Below are positions 35,704 to 46,217 of a stretch of 64,000 nucleotides of DNA, one piece after another. Made by a program: the position numbers and the translations under genes. The stretch's first letter is position 1. Each line of letters opens with the position of its first letter. The DNA is from an uncultured delta proteobacterium (GTDB lineage: Bacteria > Desulfobacterota > WTBG01). Under the pieces are notes generated by a model. The model saw only the letters and a list, made by a program, of their open reading frames with translations, ran no database searches and had not been told where the DNA came from. The stretch lies in the NCBI GenBank assembly GCA_963751515.1, contig CAVVUR010000016.1, positions 12,086 to 76,085 on the forward strand, read 5' to 3'.

Positions 35704-35823
35704 ATGGCCCGATCAAAATTCAAGCACAAAAGAAAAAGGCATAAATGCGATCTGAAACTGAAGCAGAGAAAGGTTCGCGAGCGCGCCGCGGCGGCAAATC
35801 CGTCCGGGGAAGCAACGGCCTGA
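35704..35823 (+). CDS. Possible very basic small protein (39 aa)
   Basis: The sequence is MARSKFKHKRKRHKCDLKLKQRKVRERAAAANPSGEATA. A GGGAGAA motif lies about 12 nt upstream. There is no other support. Confidence 0.25.
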   Translation: MARSKFKHKRKRHKCDLKLKQRKVRERAAAANPSGEATA

Positions 35824-35824
35824 G

Positions 35825-36528
35825 TCAGGGCGCGAGGGAGGCAATCCTGTCGGCGGCAATGGTCAACAGCACCGATCCTTTTTTGTCACCGGTCACCTTC
35901 TTGTAGTAATCAAGTGCTTTCGTCTTATCATTCAGGGCTTCATAACATCGCGCGATGGCAACGTACAGCAGGTCCGGCAGCGAATTGGACTGTTCCTGCA
36001 GTGACCGCCCGTAGCATTCGACGGCCGTGGCGTAGTCCTGCTTTTCTTCATGGCAGTATCCCAATCCCTCGTACGCATAACAGCGCAGATAATTTCCGGG
36101 GCGGGAGCGGCTGATGAAGCGGGTATAGAAGTCAATTGCCTTATCGTATTCCTTCAGGCGGTAGGAGCTCTCACCCAGATAGAACAGGGCATTCACCCCC
36201 GAGTCGGTACCCGGATACTTTTCCTCAAGGGCGCTGAACTGCGCGAGCGCATCGCGGTACTTCCGGTCTGAAGGCCGGTCGTTTCCGCCGGACCCGCCGC
36301 CTGATAGAGCGCAACCGCCTGATGAAACGATGCCCGGGCTTCCTGTTCTCTTCCCGCCCGGTAGTAATACCAGACGACGGCGATCAGCACCAGCAGCAGC
36401 ACCGCGCCTGCGGCGGGCGCCAGCAACCGGTAGCGCGCCTTAACATAAGCCATGACCCGGCTTGAGGTGGAGATGAATTCATCTGGTTCATTGACGTCTT
36501 TGCGCTGCACTTTTATTTTTCTGGGCAT
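35825..36528 (-). pseudogene. Membrane-anchored TPR protein (YfgM/YbgF-like), frame broken by an indel near 36280-36330
   Basis: The N-terminal piece (36193..36528) has a TM anchor, …LLAPAAGAVLLLVLIAVVWYYY… A shifted frame then reads …SGGNDRPSDRKYRDALAQFSALEEKYPGTDSGVNALFYLGESSYRL… This runs straight into ORF 35825..36196 (TPR repeats). Confidence 0.55.
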
Positions 36529-36727
36529 GGACTCCTCGCTTGCACATGCGTTTACATATCCTTCAGATCATGCTTTCCCGCTTCACCGCAGCTTCCGCGC
36601 CGCCGGGCAGGAGCCGGCATCTGATCTCCCCGGGCCGCAACCGCCCCGGGGCAGCAAGCCTGCCGGCAACTGCTAACTGTACACAGTGCGTTTCCCTTTG
36701 TCAATCTTTTGTTGGAAGGCACCGCTG

Positions 36728-37597
36728 ATGACGCAGCTTGGACCGTTTATTGATGCGCACGTGCACGGCTTTCTCAGGCCGGCAGACGGCGCCCTCTTCA
36801 AGCGCACCATCACCGCCCTCACCGCCCGCGGCCTTGAGAAAATCGTCATCACCGCGCTCCCCCTCCACAACTTCAGCTACGAGCTCAAGATCAGCCTGGC
36901 GCCCGACCACATCCGCCCCATCATCAGCGCCGGCAACAGCGATGAAACCGAGCTGCTCAATGCCTGGACGCGGGAATACGGCTTTGAGGAAACAATCGCG
37001 CCTTTCCTGGATGTGCGGTTTGTGACCGAACACCCCGGGCCGGTGCTGGACGCTCCCGGGGTCTCGGGGTGGGCGGGCATCAAGGGCGCGTATATCCCCG
37101 AAGCGGACAGGGTGCTCGCCATCCAGGGCATCCCCCAGGCACTGGGCATATCACAGGAGCGTTACCGACGCGTCCAGGGGGACATCTTCAGCTGCGCCCA
37201 GGAGCGCAACCTGCCCCTCCTCTACCACGTCAACCTTGCGGAGCATTTCGACTGGCTGCACGAGATGCTCACCGCCTACCCCCGTCTCAGGATCTGCATT
37301 CCCCACCTGGGATACAGCCTGCGCAGGATTACGGAGCTGCTTGAACGCTTCCGGAACACCTATACCGACCCTTCGTACCTCATCGCGGTGCTCAGGAAAA
37401 ACAACCCCCGCTACTGCTCCTTTATTCAAGCCTTTCACACCCGCATCCTGTCAGGATCGGATGCCGTCCTGGTCTCAAACCCCACAGAAGAAATCCTCTC
37501 CTACGCGCGCTATTTCAGCGAGCTTGCCGTGGGAGAGGAAATGAAGCGGCGGATTTTGCGGGAGAATGCCCGCTCCTTCCTGTCACCGCCCGGGTGA
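36728..37597 (+). CDS. Amidohydrolase-superfamily (TIM-barrel metal-dependent hydrolase) protein
   Basis: The N-terminus MTQLGPFIDAHVHGF… carries the HxH metal motif. Further His/Asp residues lie downstream. Confidence 0.65.
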   Translation: MTQLGPFIDAHVHGFLRPADGALFKRTITALTARGLEKIVITALPLHNFSYELKISLAPDHIRPIISAGNSDETELLNAWTREYGFEETIAPFLDVRFVTEHPGPVLDAPGVSGWAGIKGAYIPEADRVLAIQGIPQALGISQERYRRVQGDIFSCAQERNLPLLYHVNLAEHFDWLHEMLTAYPRLRICIPHLGYSLRRITELLERFRNTYTDPSYLIAVLRKNNPRYCSFIQAFHTRILSGSDAVLVSNPTEEILSYARYFSELAVGEEMKRRILRENARSFLSPPG

Positions 37598-37600
37598 GGG

Positions 37601-38182
37601 TCAGACCTCAAGGAACGCTTTCATCCGCTCGAAGGTGTGCCGCCCGATGCCCGGAACCGCAAGCAGCGACTGGAGCCGCGGGAAGGGACCGTACCGGTCC
37701 CGGTAGCTCACAATGGCGCGGGCGGTTTTTTCTCCGATGCCCGGCACCAGCGCCAGCTCCTCAGCGCCGGCCAGATTGATCGAAAAAGGTACACAATAGA
37801 GGAAACGCTTGTGGGGATCCATCAGCGTTACCGCGGTTGACCCGGGACCGGTTCCGATGGAAAGCAGCGAGCCGTTCACCGGCGCCGCACGCAGCACATC
37901 TTCCGGCACGAAGGCCCCGCTCTCCAGTCCGCCCGCTTCCCGTATCGCCGCGGCAAAGCCCGTTTGATCCAAAAAGCTGTACACTCCCGGCCGGGCCACC
38001 CCTCCGGCCAGCTCGATGACAAAGGGCGGGCGCTTGTGCCCCGCCTTCGTCGCGGGAGGAACTGAGGCGCCGCCGCCGACCGGCAGACCGAAGCGGCACA
38101 AAAACAGGACCAGCACCGCAACCGCCATGCCGAACATGACCCGGCACTGCTCCCGGCTGAAACGGATCTTATCTGCGTTCAT
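37601..38182 (-). CDS. comEA: ComEA-family helix-hairpin-helix DNA-binding protein
   Basis: The C-terminus is …[59 protein letters not shown]. An N-terminal TM anchor is present. The start is uncertain (38182 or 38137). Confidence 0.75.
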   Translation of the reverse strand: MNADKIRFSREQCRVMFGMAVAVLVLFLCRFGLPVGGGASVPPATKAGHKRPPFVIELAGGVARPGVYSFLDQTGFAAAIREAGGLESGAFVPEDVLRAAPVNGSLLSIGTGPGSTAVTLMDPHKRFLYCVPFSINLAGAEELALVPGIGEKTARAIVSYRDRYGPFPRLQSLLAVPGIGRHTFERMKAFLEV

Positions 38183-39742
38183 CCTTATAGAGCTTGTAGT
38201 TGACGCTGTCGGCCAGCGCCTGCCAGCTTGCCTCAATGATGTTTTCAGACACGCCGACGGTTCCCCAGGTGTGGGTGCCGTCTCCCGATTCCACCAGCAC
38301 CCGCACGCGGGAGCCCGTGCCCTGACCCGAGGAGAGCACCCGCACCTTGTAATCGATGAGCGACGTCTCCTTGAGCTGGGGATAAAATTTTTCCAGCGCC
38401 TTGCGCAGGGCGTTGTCGAGCGCGTTCACCGGCCCGTTTCCCAGCGCGGCGGTGTGCTCGGTTCTGCCGCCGACCCTGACCATGATGGTCGCCTCGCAGA
38501 GCGGCTCTCATCGCCGTGCCGGCGCTCATTGATGATCCGGAAGCCCACCAGCTCGAAATACTTCCGCCGGGTGCCCAGCGCCTCCATCATCAGCAGCTCA
38601 AATGATGCCTCGGCGCCTTCAAACTGATAGCCCTGGTTTTCGAGGTGCTTCAGGCGCTCCATGATCTCCTGCACCACCGGGTCCTTGCTTGAAATGTTGA
38701 TCTTGAACTCCCGGGCCTTCTGCAAAATGCTGCTTTTGCCGGAGAGGTCGGAGATTAAAACCCGCTGCACGTTGCCCACCAGGCCGGGGACGATGTGCTC
38801 ATAGGTCCGGGGCTTTCTGGCGATGGCGCTGACGTGGACGCCGCCCTTGTGGGCAAAGGCGCTTCTTCCCACATAGGGCTGGTGGCTGAGCGGCTGCAGG
38901 TTGGCCAGTTCATAGACAAAGCGTGACACCTCCTGCAGCCCGGCAAGCTGCCTGCCGGTGATGCAGGGCAGCTTGAGCTTCAGCACCAGGTTGGGTATGA
39001 TGGAGCATAAATTGGCGTTGCCGCAGCGCTCGCCCATGCCGTTGATGGTTCCCTGGACCTGGCTGATGCCCAGCTGCACGGCGATGATGCTGTTGGCCAC
39101 CGCCACTTCCGAGTCATTGTGGGTATGGATGCCGAGCGGGGTACCCTTGAGATGACCCTGCACCTCGCCAATGATGTCCCGCAGGCTGTCCGGCAGCGTG
39201 CCCCCGTTGGTATCGCAGAGGACAACGCAGTCCGCCCCGGCCGCGGCCGCGGCCTGGGCTGTCTTGAGGGCGTATGCGCGATTCGCGGCAAAACCGTCGA
39301 AGAAGTGCTCCGCGTCAAAAAATACCCGCGCGCACTGCTGTTTCAGGTAGGAAACGGTATCGGTAATGAGGCGCAGGTTTTCCGCGAGGCTGATGTGCAG
39401 GGCGTCCCTGACATGGACGTCCCAGCTTTTCCCGAAAACGGTGACCGCGCCGGTGCGGGACCTGACCAGCGCCTTCAGGTTGCGGTCCTCCTCCGTCGGG
39501 GTGCCGGCCTTCGCGGTGCTGCCGAAGGCGACGATGGTAGCGTGCTTGAGGGAAAGGTCGTGCACCTCCTTGAAAAACTGCGCGTCCTTGGGATTGGACC
39601 CCGGCCATCCTCCTTCGATGTAATGGATGCCCAGCTCATCAATTTTTCTGGCGATGCGCAGCTTGTCTTCAACGGTAAAGGCAATATCCTCGGCCTGAGA
39701 GCCGTCGCGCAAGGTTGTGTCGTACAGCTTCACGTCCCGCAT
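38169..39742 (-). pseudogene. cimA: (R)-citramalate synthase (LeuA/CimA family), frame broken by a 1-nt indel near 38495-38515
   Basis: The N-terminus reads [22 protein letters not shown]…[13 protein letters not shown]… (ORF 38426..39742). After …INERRHGDE a shifted frame reads [38 protein letters not shown]… (ORF 38169..38483). This is the regulatory LeuA-dimer-type C-terminal domain. Confidence 0.8.
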
Positions 39743-39772
39743 GTGATTTCTCCGATCGGATGAGGTGACGCA

Positions 39773-41008
39773 CTATCCTGCCGCAGTTTCCTGCTTCCCG
39801 CCCAGGCCGAAGGCATCATGGAGCACCCGCACCGCCAGCTCCGTGTACTTGGCGTCCACCACGCAGGAAATCTTGATCTCCGAAGTGCTGATCATCATGA
39901 TATTGATCCCCTCCCCTGCCAGCACCTCGAACATTTTTGCGGCAACACCCGCGTGGCTGCGCATGCCCACGCCCACGATGGAAACCTTGGCGATATCCTT
40001 GTTGCACTGCACGTCGGCGGCGCCTATATCCCTGGCGACCTTCCTGACCACCTCCAGGGCCCGGTTCACCTCGGTTTCGGGAACGGTAAAGGTGAGATCG
40101 GTACACCCGTCCTCGCTCACGTTCTGGATGATCATGTCCACGTTGATGGAGGCCTGGGAGATGGGCGTAAAAATCCTTGAGGCGGTCCCGGGCCGGTCGG
40201 GCACCTTCACGATGGTAATTTTGGCCTCATTCCTGTCATAGGTGACACCCGACACAAGAACTTTTTCCATGATTGCATCCTCCTTGGTGACTATGGTTCC
40301 GTCATTTTCAGTAAAGGTAGACCGGACGTGTATGGGAATGGAATATTTCTTGGCAAACTCCACCGAGCGGGTGTGCAGCACCTTCGCGCCCAGGCTGGCC
40401 ATCTCCAGCATTTCATCATAGGATATGCGCTCCAGCTTGCGGGCGTGCGGACATATGGATGGATCGGTGGTGTACACCCCCTCCACGTCGGTATAGATCT
40501 CGCACATATCGGCCTTGAGCACGCCGGCCAGAGCCACCGCCGTGGTATCGGACCCCCCCCTGCCCAGGGTGGTAATGTTGCCTCCCTCATCAATCCCCTG
40601 AAACCCCGCGACCACCACGATGCTTCCCTTTTTCAGCGCCCCGGTAATCGCCCCGGTGTCAATGCTCTCGATGCGCGCCTTGGTAAAATCGCTGTCGGTG
40701 ATAATCCTCACCTGAAAGCCCAGCAGGGAAACGGCGTGATAGCCGAGGGACTGTATGGCCATGGCCAGCAGGGCAACGGAAATCTGCTCGCCGGTGGAAA
40801 CCATCACGTCATATTCCCGCCCGTCCGGTTTATCCGCCATCTCCTTTGCCAGCCTGATCAGGCGGTCCGTTTCTCCCGCCATGGCGGAAACCACCACCAC
40901 CAGGTCATGGCCCGCCTTTCTCGTCCCCACGGCCCTGCTGGCCACGTGCCGTATCCGCTCGATGGAACCAACCGATGTACCCCCGAACTTTTGCACAATC
41001 AGCGCCAC
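39773..41008 (-). CDS. lysC: Aspartate kinase
   Basis: The N-terminus is [19 protein letters not shown]…[13 protein letters not shown]… Tandem ACT domains lie at the C-terminus. Confidence 0.9.
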   Translation of the reverse strand: MALIVQKFGGTSVGSIERIRHVASRAVGTRKAGHDLVVVVSAMAGETDRLIRLAKEMADKPDGREYDVMVSTGEQISVALLAMAIQSLGYHAVSLLGFQVRIITDSDFTKARIESIDTGAITGALKKGSIVVVAGFQGIDEGGNITTLGRGGSDTTAVALAGVLKADMCEIYTDVEGVYTTDPSICPHARKLERISYDEMLEMASLGAKVLHTRSVEFAKKYSIPIHVRSTFTENDGTIVTKEDAIMEKVLVSGVTYDRNEAKITIVKVPDRPGTASRIFTPISQASINVDMIIQNVSEDGCTDLTFTVPETEVNRALEVVRKVARDIGAADVQCNKDIAKVSIVGVGMRSHAGVAAKMFEVLAGEGINIMMISTSEIKISCVVDAKYTELAVRVLHDAFGLGGKQETAAG

Positions 41009-41100
41009 TGTGATATCCTCCTTATCTTTCTATTGCTTCATCGGGGCCGGGGCCGTACGCCGGCCTCCGCCCATCATTCTTCCGCAGGCCCGGCACGGTC

Positions 41101-41595
41101 TTAATGACCTTCCATGCCCGGCAGCATCTTTTGGAGTGCCCGCACCAGCCGAGCAGAACGATCGCCCGTTGCCGATACCGCCGCCCTCCGCGTGGTTTCA
41201 TTCAGGTATGCCAGCCGGACCATCAGTCGGTCACGGGGGAGCAGCGCCTCATGTTTATCGGCCCACTCGATCAGGGCAACGCCCGCTCCGCCCAGGTACT
41301 CCTCCAATCCGAGGCCCGAGCACTCGGAGGGTCCCTCAATGCGGTAAAAGTCAAGATGGTAGAGCGGCACCCTTCCCCGGTACTCGTTGATCAGGGTGAA
41401 GGTGGGGCTGGCAATATAGCTCTCCTCCGGTATGCCTGCACCCCGCGCGATACCCTGCGCCAGGGTGGTCTTGCCCGCGCCCAGCTCGCCGATCAATGCC
41501 ACGACGTCACCGGCCTCAAGCAGCGTCCCCAGCTTCCTGCCCCAGGCTGCCGTCTCATCGGGGCTGTGCGATACAATGCTGATCTGACATCCCAT
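41101..41595 (-). CDS. tsaE: tRNA t6A37 biosynthesis ATPase TsaE (YjeE)
   Basis: The sequence …LIGELGAGKTTLAQGIARG…SPTFTLINEY…LYHLDFYR… matches the family. Confidence 0.85.
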   Translation of the reverse strand: MGCQISIVSHSPDETAAWGRKLGTLLEAGDVVALIGELGAGKTTLAQGIARGAGIPEESYIASPTFTLINEYRGRVPLYHLDFYRIEGPSECSGLGLEEYLGGAGVALIEWADKHEALLPRDRLMVRLAYLNETTRRAAVSATGDRSARLVRALQKMLPGMEGH

Positions 41596-41603
41596 ATCAC
41601 GCC

Positions 41604-43208
41604 CTACATTTTCACATCCATCGAAGCATACCCGGCACCGAGGGATGCGGGAAGCCTGCGCTCCAGCAAGGACTTAAGCACGCGGGGCAGCACCCGGATC
41701 AGATCGCCGGCCGGGAACCCCTGGGGGCCCTCTTCGCATGCCAGCAGATCCCCGGCCATACCGTGGCAGAATACCGCCGCGTGCACGCTGAGGGCAGCAT
41801 CATACCCCTGAGCGATGAATCCCGCGATCATTCCGGTGAGCACGTCTCCCATTCCTCCTGAGGCCATGCCGGCATTGCCGGTAAGATTGATGGCAACGGA
41901 TCCGTCAGGTTCGGCAACCAGTGTGCGCGCCCCCTTGAGCACCAGGCAGCACCCGTAATGCTTGGCGAAATCCCGTGCCGCACCGGCCCGGTCACGCTGC
42001 ACCTCACGCGTGCCCGATCCCGCCAAACGCGCCATCTCGCCGGGATGGGGAGTCAGCACCACCGGTACCTTCGCCCGTCTGAGCGTCTCCAGGCTGCCGC
42101 TCAGCGCGTTGAGCCCGTCGGCATCGATGACCAGGGGGACGGTGCTTCGTTCAATAAGTCCTTGGACCAGCTGTGCGGCCCCGGCCCGGGTGGAAATGCC
42201 GGGTCCCAGCGCCAGCACCTTCTTGCCTGCCACCAGTTTCATCACTGCTTCAAGACTGCCGGCTCCGAAATAACCGGCCTCTTCCCCGGGAATGGGCTCC
42301 GTCATCACCTCGGTCAGCTTCACCTCCATGATGCTGTTCAGGCTCTCCGGAACAGCCAGGGTAACCAGGCCCGCGCCCGCGCCGGCAGCGCCCCCGCAGC
42401 AGAGTGCGGCCGCCCCTGTTTTACCGGGTGAGCCGGCAACCACCAGCACGTGCCCGCAATCGCCCTTATGGGCGGCAGGGCCTCGCGGCCTGAGCATCCG
42501 GCAGGCATCGTCAAAGGTCAGCACCCGGTCCCTGATGCCTTCCGCTTCAATGAGCGCGGCAGGAATGCCGATGTCGATCACCCTCACCCTGCCGGCATAG
42601 TCCGCCCCGGGATGGACGCACAGGCCTGCCTTGGGAAGACCGAAGGTGACGGTACAAGCGGCCTTCACACAGGTGCCCAGCACCTCGCCGGTATCGGCGT
42701 GCAGGCCTGAGGGCAGGTCAACCGACACGACGGGTATTCCCGCCCGGTTGATATGATTAATGACTTCCGCGGTCAGTCCGCTTACCTCACTGGAAAGCCC
42801 TGTTCCAAAAATGGCATCCACCACCAGCCCGCAGGCTGAGAGTTCCGGCAGCGCCGCCCTCCAGGCATCCTGTCCGGTGATTGCCCGGATGTCCGCCTTC
42901 ATCCGCAGGAGAATGTCCAGGTTCGCCCTGGCATCACCCTTCAGCGCTTCGGGTGAAGCGAGAAGCAACACCCGCACCTCGAGGCCGCGGTTGATGAGAT
43001 ACCGGGCGATGACAAAGCCGTCGCCGCCGTTGTTCCCCCTTCCCGCAACAACGGCCACCCTGTTCCCGGTAATGCGGGGATATTCCCGGAATATCTCACC
43101 CGCAACGCCCCGGCCGGCATTTTCCATAAGCACCATGCCGGGGATGCCGATCTCTTCAATGGTTTTGCGGTCCAGCCTTCTCATGCGCTCCGCCGTGACA
43201 ACCTTCAT
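41604..43208 (-). CDS. nnr: Bifunctional NAD(P)H-hydrate epimerase / ADP-dependent dehydratase (YjeF)
   Basis: The N-terminal YjeF_N part reads …GRGNNGGDGFV… The C-terminal carbohydrate-kinase part reads …GHVLVVAGS…GMASGGMGDVLTG…. Confidence 0.85.
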   Translation of the reverse strand: MKVVTAERMRRLDRKTIEEIGIPGMVLMENAGRGVAGEIFREYPRITGNRVAVVAGRGNNGGDGFVIARYLINRGLEVRVLLLASPEALKGDARANLDILLRMKADIRAITGQDAWRAALPELSACGLVVDAIFGTGLSSEVSGLTAEVINHINRAGIPVVSVDLPSGLHADTGEVLGTCVKAACTVTFGLPKAGLCVHPGADYAGRVRVIDIGIPAALIEAEGIRDRVLTFDDACRMLRPRGPAAHKGDCGHVLVVAGSPGKTGAAALCCGGAAGAGAGLVTLAVPESLNSIMEVKLTEVMTEPIPGEEAGYFGAGSLEAVMKLVAGKKVLALGPGISTRAGAAQLVQGLIERSTVPLVIDADGLNALSGSLETLRRAKVPVVLTPHPGEMARLAGSGTREVQRDRAGAARDFAKHYGCCLVLKGARTLVAEPDGSVAINLTGNAGMASGGMGDVLTGMIAGFIAQGYDAALSVHAAVFCHGMAGDLLACEEGPQGFPAGDLIRVLPRVLKSLLERRLPASLGAGYASMDVKM

Positions 43209-43252
43209 CCTTCCTCCGCAGAAAGGTGATCCGGGTTAGAAAAAGCCTCAGC

Positions 43253-43510
43253 CTAGTGCAGTGCGTCATTGATTTCTTTATTTATATGTGGCTCAAGGGG
43301 GAGGGGCTTTTTAGCCACAACAAAATTATTCCGGAACCGGTAGAACGGCAGCGTCTCTCTAACTTTGTCCGACAGACCCGCATGGCAAAAGCCTGTATCG
43401 AAGCCTCTGCAAAGCTGCCTGTCTGCGATTTGCGTCGTAAGGCACCGGGTCGTGCCGTAAGCCTAAAGACACATTGTTGTGGCGTCAAAAGCCCCTCCCC
43501 TTTGAGCCAC
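43253..43510 (-). mobile_element. MITE-like element, family 1, copy B (core 43288..43510) plus 35-nt leader shared with copy C
   Basis: The core is the reverse complement of copy A with a handful of mismatches. The leader ctagtgcagtgcgtcattgatttctttatttata is repeated at 59388. Confidence 0.75.
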
Positions 43511-43589
43511 TGAACCTCTTCTACAGCATGCTATTCGCAACGCACAGGAGCCTTTCATACCTAAAGAAGTGTTTGACGCACTACAGTAG

Positions 43590-44330
43590 CTACCGCTCGG
43601 CCTTGCCCGGAGCCGTTTGTATAACCTCAACCATATCCTTCACTGCCTGCCGCATCCCTACCATGAGCGCCCGTGCAACGATACTGTGCCCGATGCTGAA
43701 TTCTTCGATCTCGGCAATGCCCAGCAGTTTTTTAATATTGAAGTAATTCAATCCGTGGCCGGCATTGACACCCAGCCCCAGCCGGGAGGCAAGTGCCGCG
43801 GCCCGCCGAATTCTCTGCAGTTCCTGCTGCTGCCGGAGGGGAGTTTTTGCCTCAGCGAAGCTGCCGGTATGTACCTCGATGTAATCCGCTCCCGCCTCCT
43901 TCTTCGCCGCTTTTACCTGGCGCGGGTCCGGATCCACAAACAGGCTCACCGCGATCCCGGCCTGCTGCAATGCCTTTACCGCCGACCGCACCGAGGTACG
44001 GTGGGTGACAACATCAAGGCCGCCTTCCGTGGTCAGCTCCTGGCGCTTCTCCGGTACCAGGGTGGCCATCTCCGGCTTGATCTGCCGGGCCTTGCTCACC
44101 ATCCCCGGTACCGCCGCCATCTCCAGGTTCAGCCTGGTCCGGACCGTTTCGCGCAGCAGCTCCAGGTCCCTGTCCTGAATGTGCCTTCTGTCCTCGCGCA
44201 GGTGCACGATGATGCCGTCACAGCCCCCCAGCTCTGCCAGCGCGGCGGCCACCACCGGGTCGGGCTCGTCACCTCTCCTGGCCTGCCTTACGGTTGCGAT
44301 ATGGTCAACATTCACCATTAGTCCAGCCAT
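43590..44330 (-). CDS. pdxJ: Pyridoxine 5'-phosphate synthase
   Basis: The sequence reads …VNVDHIATVRQARRGDEPDPV…HLREDRRHIQDRD…HAGHGLNY…. Confidence 0.9.
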   Translation of the reverse strand: MAGLMVNVDHIATVRQARRGDEPDPVVAAALAELGGCDGIIVHLREDRRHIQDRDLELLRETVRTRLNLEMAAVPGMVSKARQIKPEMATLVPEKRQELTTEGGLDVVTHRTSVRSAVKALQQAGIAVSLFVDPDPRQVKAAKKEAGADYIEVHTGSFAEAKTPLRQQQELQRIRRAAALASRLGLGVNAGHGLNYFNIKKLLGIAEIEEFSIGHSIVARALMVGMRQAVKDMVEVIQTAPGKAER

Positions 44331-44419
44331 CGAACCTCACGCTCCTCCCTGAGTCTTTCGCAAGTAAATCTGTGATTACTTCCCTCAGGTGTAAAATTTA
44401 AAATACTTTTTTCTGAATT

Positions 44420-45370
44420 TTACGTGTCTTTGGCCGGTTCCTTGCTCAACACCACCTCACAGCTCTCCGGTATGGACTCCAGCAGTGAGACCCCCTCCGG
44501 CAGATTAACCGCCGACTGCCGGCTGTAGGTTCCCGGCTTGCCATCCTTCATGTCGATGGTGGCAATAATCCCGCTGGCGGCAACTGTCTCCTCCAGCTGG
44601 TAGGGATACTGTATGCGCACCTGGATGGTATCGGGCACGATGCGCGCCTTGTAACGGCTGCCGACCACGACCACCGGTATGCCCGACAGCGTCTTCTCTC
44701 GAATCCGTGAATTAATCGTGACCACCACCTGCACCTTCTTCCTGCCGACCGACCGCGGGGGATCCAAATTGGTAAGGGCCAGGGGGATCTCCCGCGTGAC
44801 CGATCGTGTCTCCCCGGAGATGTCCACCGGCCGGGTAAGCACTTTCTGCAACGATGCGGCCTCGCTTTCAGCGACAGTGACGTCAACCACGGGCGGGTCA
44901 ACAGAGACCCCCTGCACCACATATCCCGAAGCGGGCTCTCCCGCCAGATCAACGGTCACCGGGACCCGCCTCGAAGTCAGCGCCTCCATGGTCAGCTCCA
45001 CTTCGGCGGGGCTGATGCTGGTAATCCTGGTGCCGTTGGGCAGCCTGACGGACTCGCTCAGATCACTGAAAACCATTTTGCCCGGCTTGGCTCCTTCAAG
45101 GTCCACCACCGCTTTGAGGCTGCTAAAAGACATGGTTGCCAGCAGACTCCGCGAGCCGCTGACCCGCAAATTCACGCTGCGGGGCGACTGCCGGGTAACC
45201 ACCATGTCGGGCGGCTTATTGATAAACTCCACGGGAACATCGGCGAAGGAGAACTCCGCCTTCTTCTCCCCCATCACGAAAAACCAGAGGGTGAGCGCCA
45301 GCAGGAGCGAAAAAAACTTTATCGCCCGGTTCCTGGTCAGTGCATCCCGTACAAGCGCGCCCAGTTGCAT
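44420..45370 (-). CDS. YbbR-domain protein (CdaR-like regulator of diadenylate cyclase)
   Basis: An N-terminal TM segment is followed by repeated YbbR-like beta-rich modules. It lies immediately downstream of cdaA, the conserved gene order. Confidence 0.75.
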   Translation of the reverse strand: MQLGALVRDALTRNRAIKFFSLLLALTLWFFVMGEKKAEFSFADVPVEFINKPPDMVVTRQSPRSVNLRVSGSRSLLATMSFSSLKAVVDLEGAKPGKMVFSDLSESVRLPNGTRITSISPAEVELTMEALTSRRVPVTVDLAGEPASGYVVQGVSVDPPVVDVTVAESEAASLQKVLTRPVDISGETRSVTREIPLALTNLDPPRSVGRKKVQVVVTINSRIREKTLSGIPVVVVGSRYKARIVPDTIQVRIQYPYQLEETVAASGIIATIDMKDGKPGTYSRQSAVNLPEGVSLLESIPESCEVVLSKEPAKDT

Positions 45371-45378
45371 GATTTTAC

Positions 45379-46158
45379 CTACGCCCGTTTCAGCATCACT
45401 TTCCCGGCGGGAAGCAGTTTCAGCAGGGTGTCCCGGAGCACCTGCTCGCTCAGGTTAAGCCTAATGGTACCGTCAAAGGACAGGGCAATGGTGTTCCGCT
45501 CCTCCGAAATGATAATCACCACCGCGTCGGTCTCCTTGCAGAGGCTCAAGCCGCAGCGGTGCCGCGTCCCGAAGGTGCCGCTTATTTCTATGGTCGCATC
45601 CAGGGGCAGCAGGCATCCTGCCGCGGCGATCCGTCCCTCCTGGATGATCACCGCCCCGTCATGGAGGGGCGACTCGGGCAAAAATATGCTGACCATGGTT
45701 TCCTGCTGAACGACGGCATCAATGCGCACGCCTTTTTCAATGTAATCATTAAGTCCGGTTTTCCGCTCAAACACGATCAGCGCGCCCACCTTCCGCTCCA
45801 CCAGCTCCGCGCTGGCCCGCACCACTTCCTCAACCATCTCCACTTCCTGCAGCCTGCCGCCGCTGCCGCCGATGAAGGGGTTTCTGCCGACGCGGCTCAG
45901 CGCCCGCCTGATATCCTCCTGGAAGATCACCACCACCACCAGAATGATGGAGGCGAGAAAATTATTGAGGATCCAGTGGAGGGTAAACAGCCCCATGCGA
46001 TAGGATATGCCGTAGAGCCCGATCACCACCACCAGCCCGATGAGCATCTGGACCGCGCGGGTGCCCTTGATGAGCAGGATGATGCGGTAGATGACATAGG
46101 CAACAATGAGGATATCAATGACATCCCAGAGGCGAAGGTTTTGAATTATTTCCAGCAC
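45379..46158 (-). CDS. cdaA: Diadenylate cyclase CdaA (three N-terminal TM helices + DisA_N/DAC domain)
   Basis: The motifs are …GALIVFERK…, …DGAVII…, …GTRHRCGLSL… and …VVIIISEERN…. Confidence 0.85.
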   Translation of the reverse strand: MLEIIQNLRLWDVIDILIVAYVIYRIILLIKGTRAVQMLIGLVVVIGLYGISYRMGLFTLHWILNNFLASIILVVVVIFQEDIRRALSRVGRNPFIGGSGGRLQEVEMVEEVVRASAELVERKVGALIVFERKTGLNDYIEKGVRIDAVVQQETMVSIFLPESPLHDGAVIIQEGRIAAAGCLLPLDATIEISGTFGTRHRCGLSLCKETDAVVIIISEERNTIALSFDGTIRLNLSEQVLRDTLLKLLPAGKVMLKRA

Positions 46159-46217
46159 AGCCCATCTCCCGGGAAACAGATGCGGACCGCCCGCAGGCGC
46201 CGCGCAGGCGGATTGCT

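Noticed and set aside
41009-41100. Lysine riboswitch (L-box) upstream of lysC
   Set aside because: The spacer is only ~90 nt, too short for an L-box, and lysC appears co-transcribed with tsaE/nnr. No conserved riboswitch motifs were recognised.
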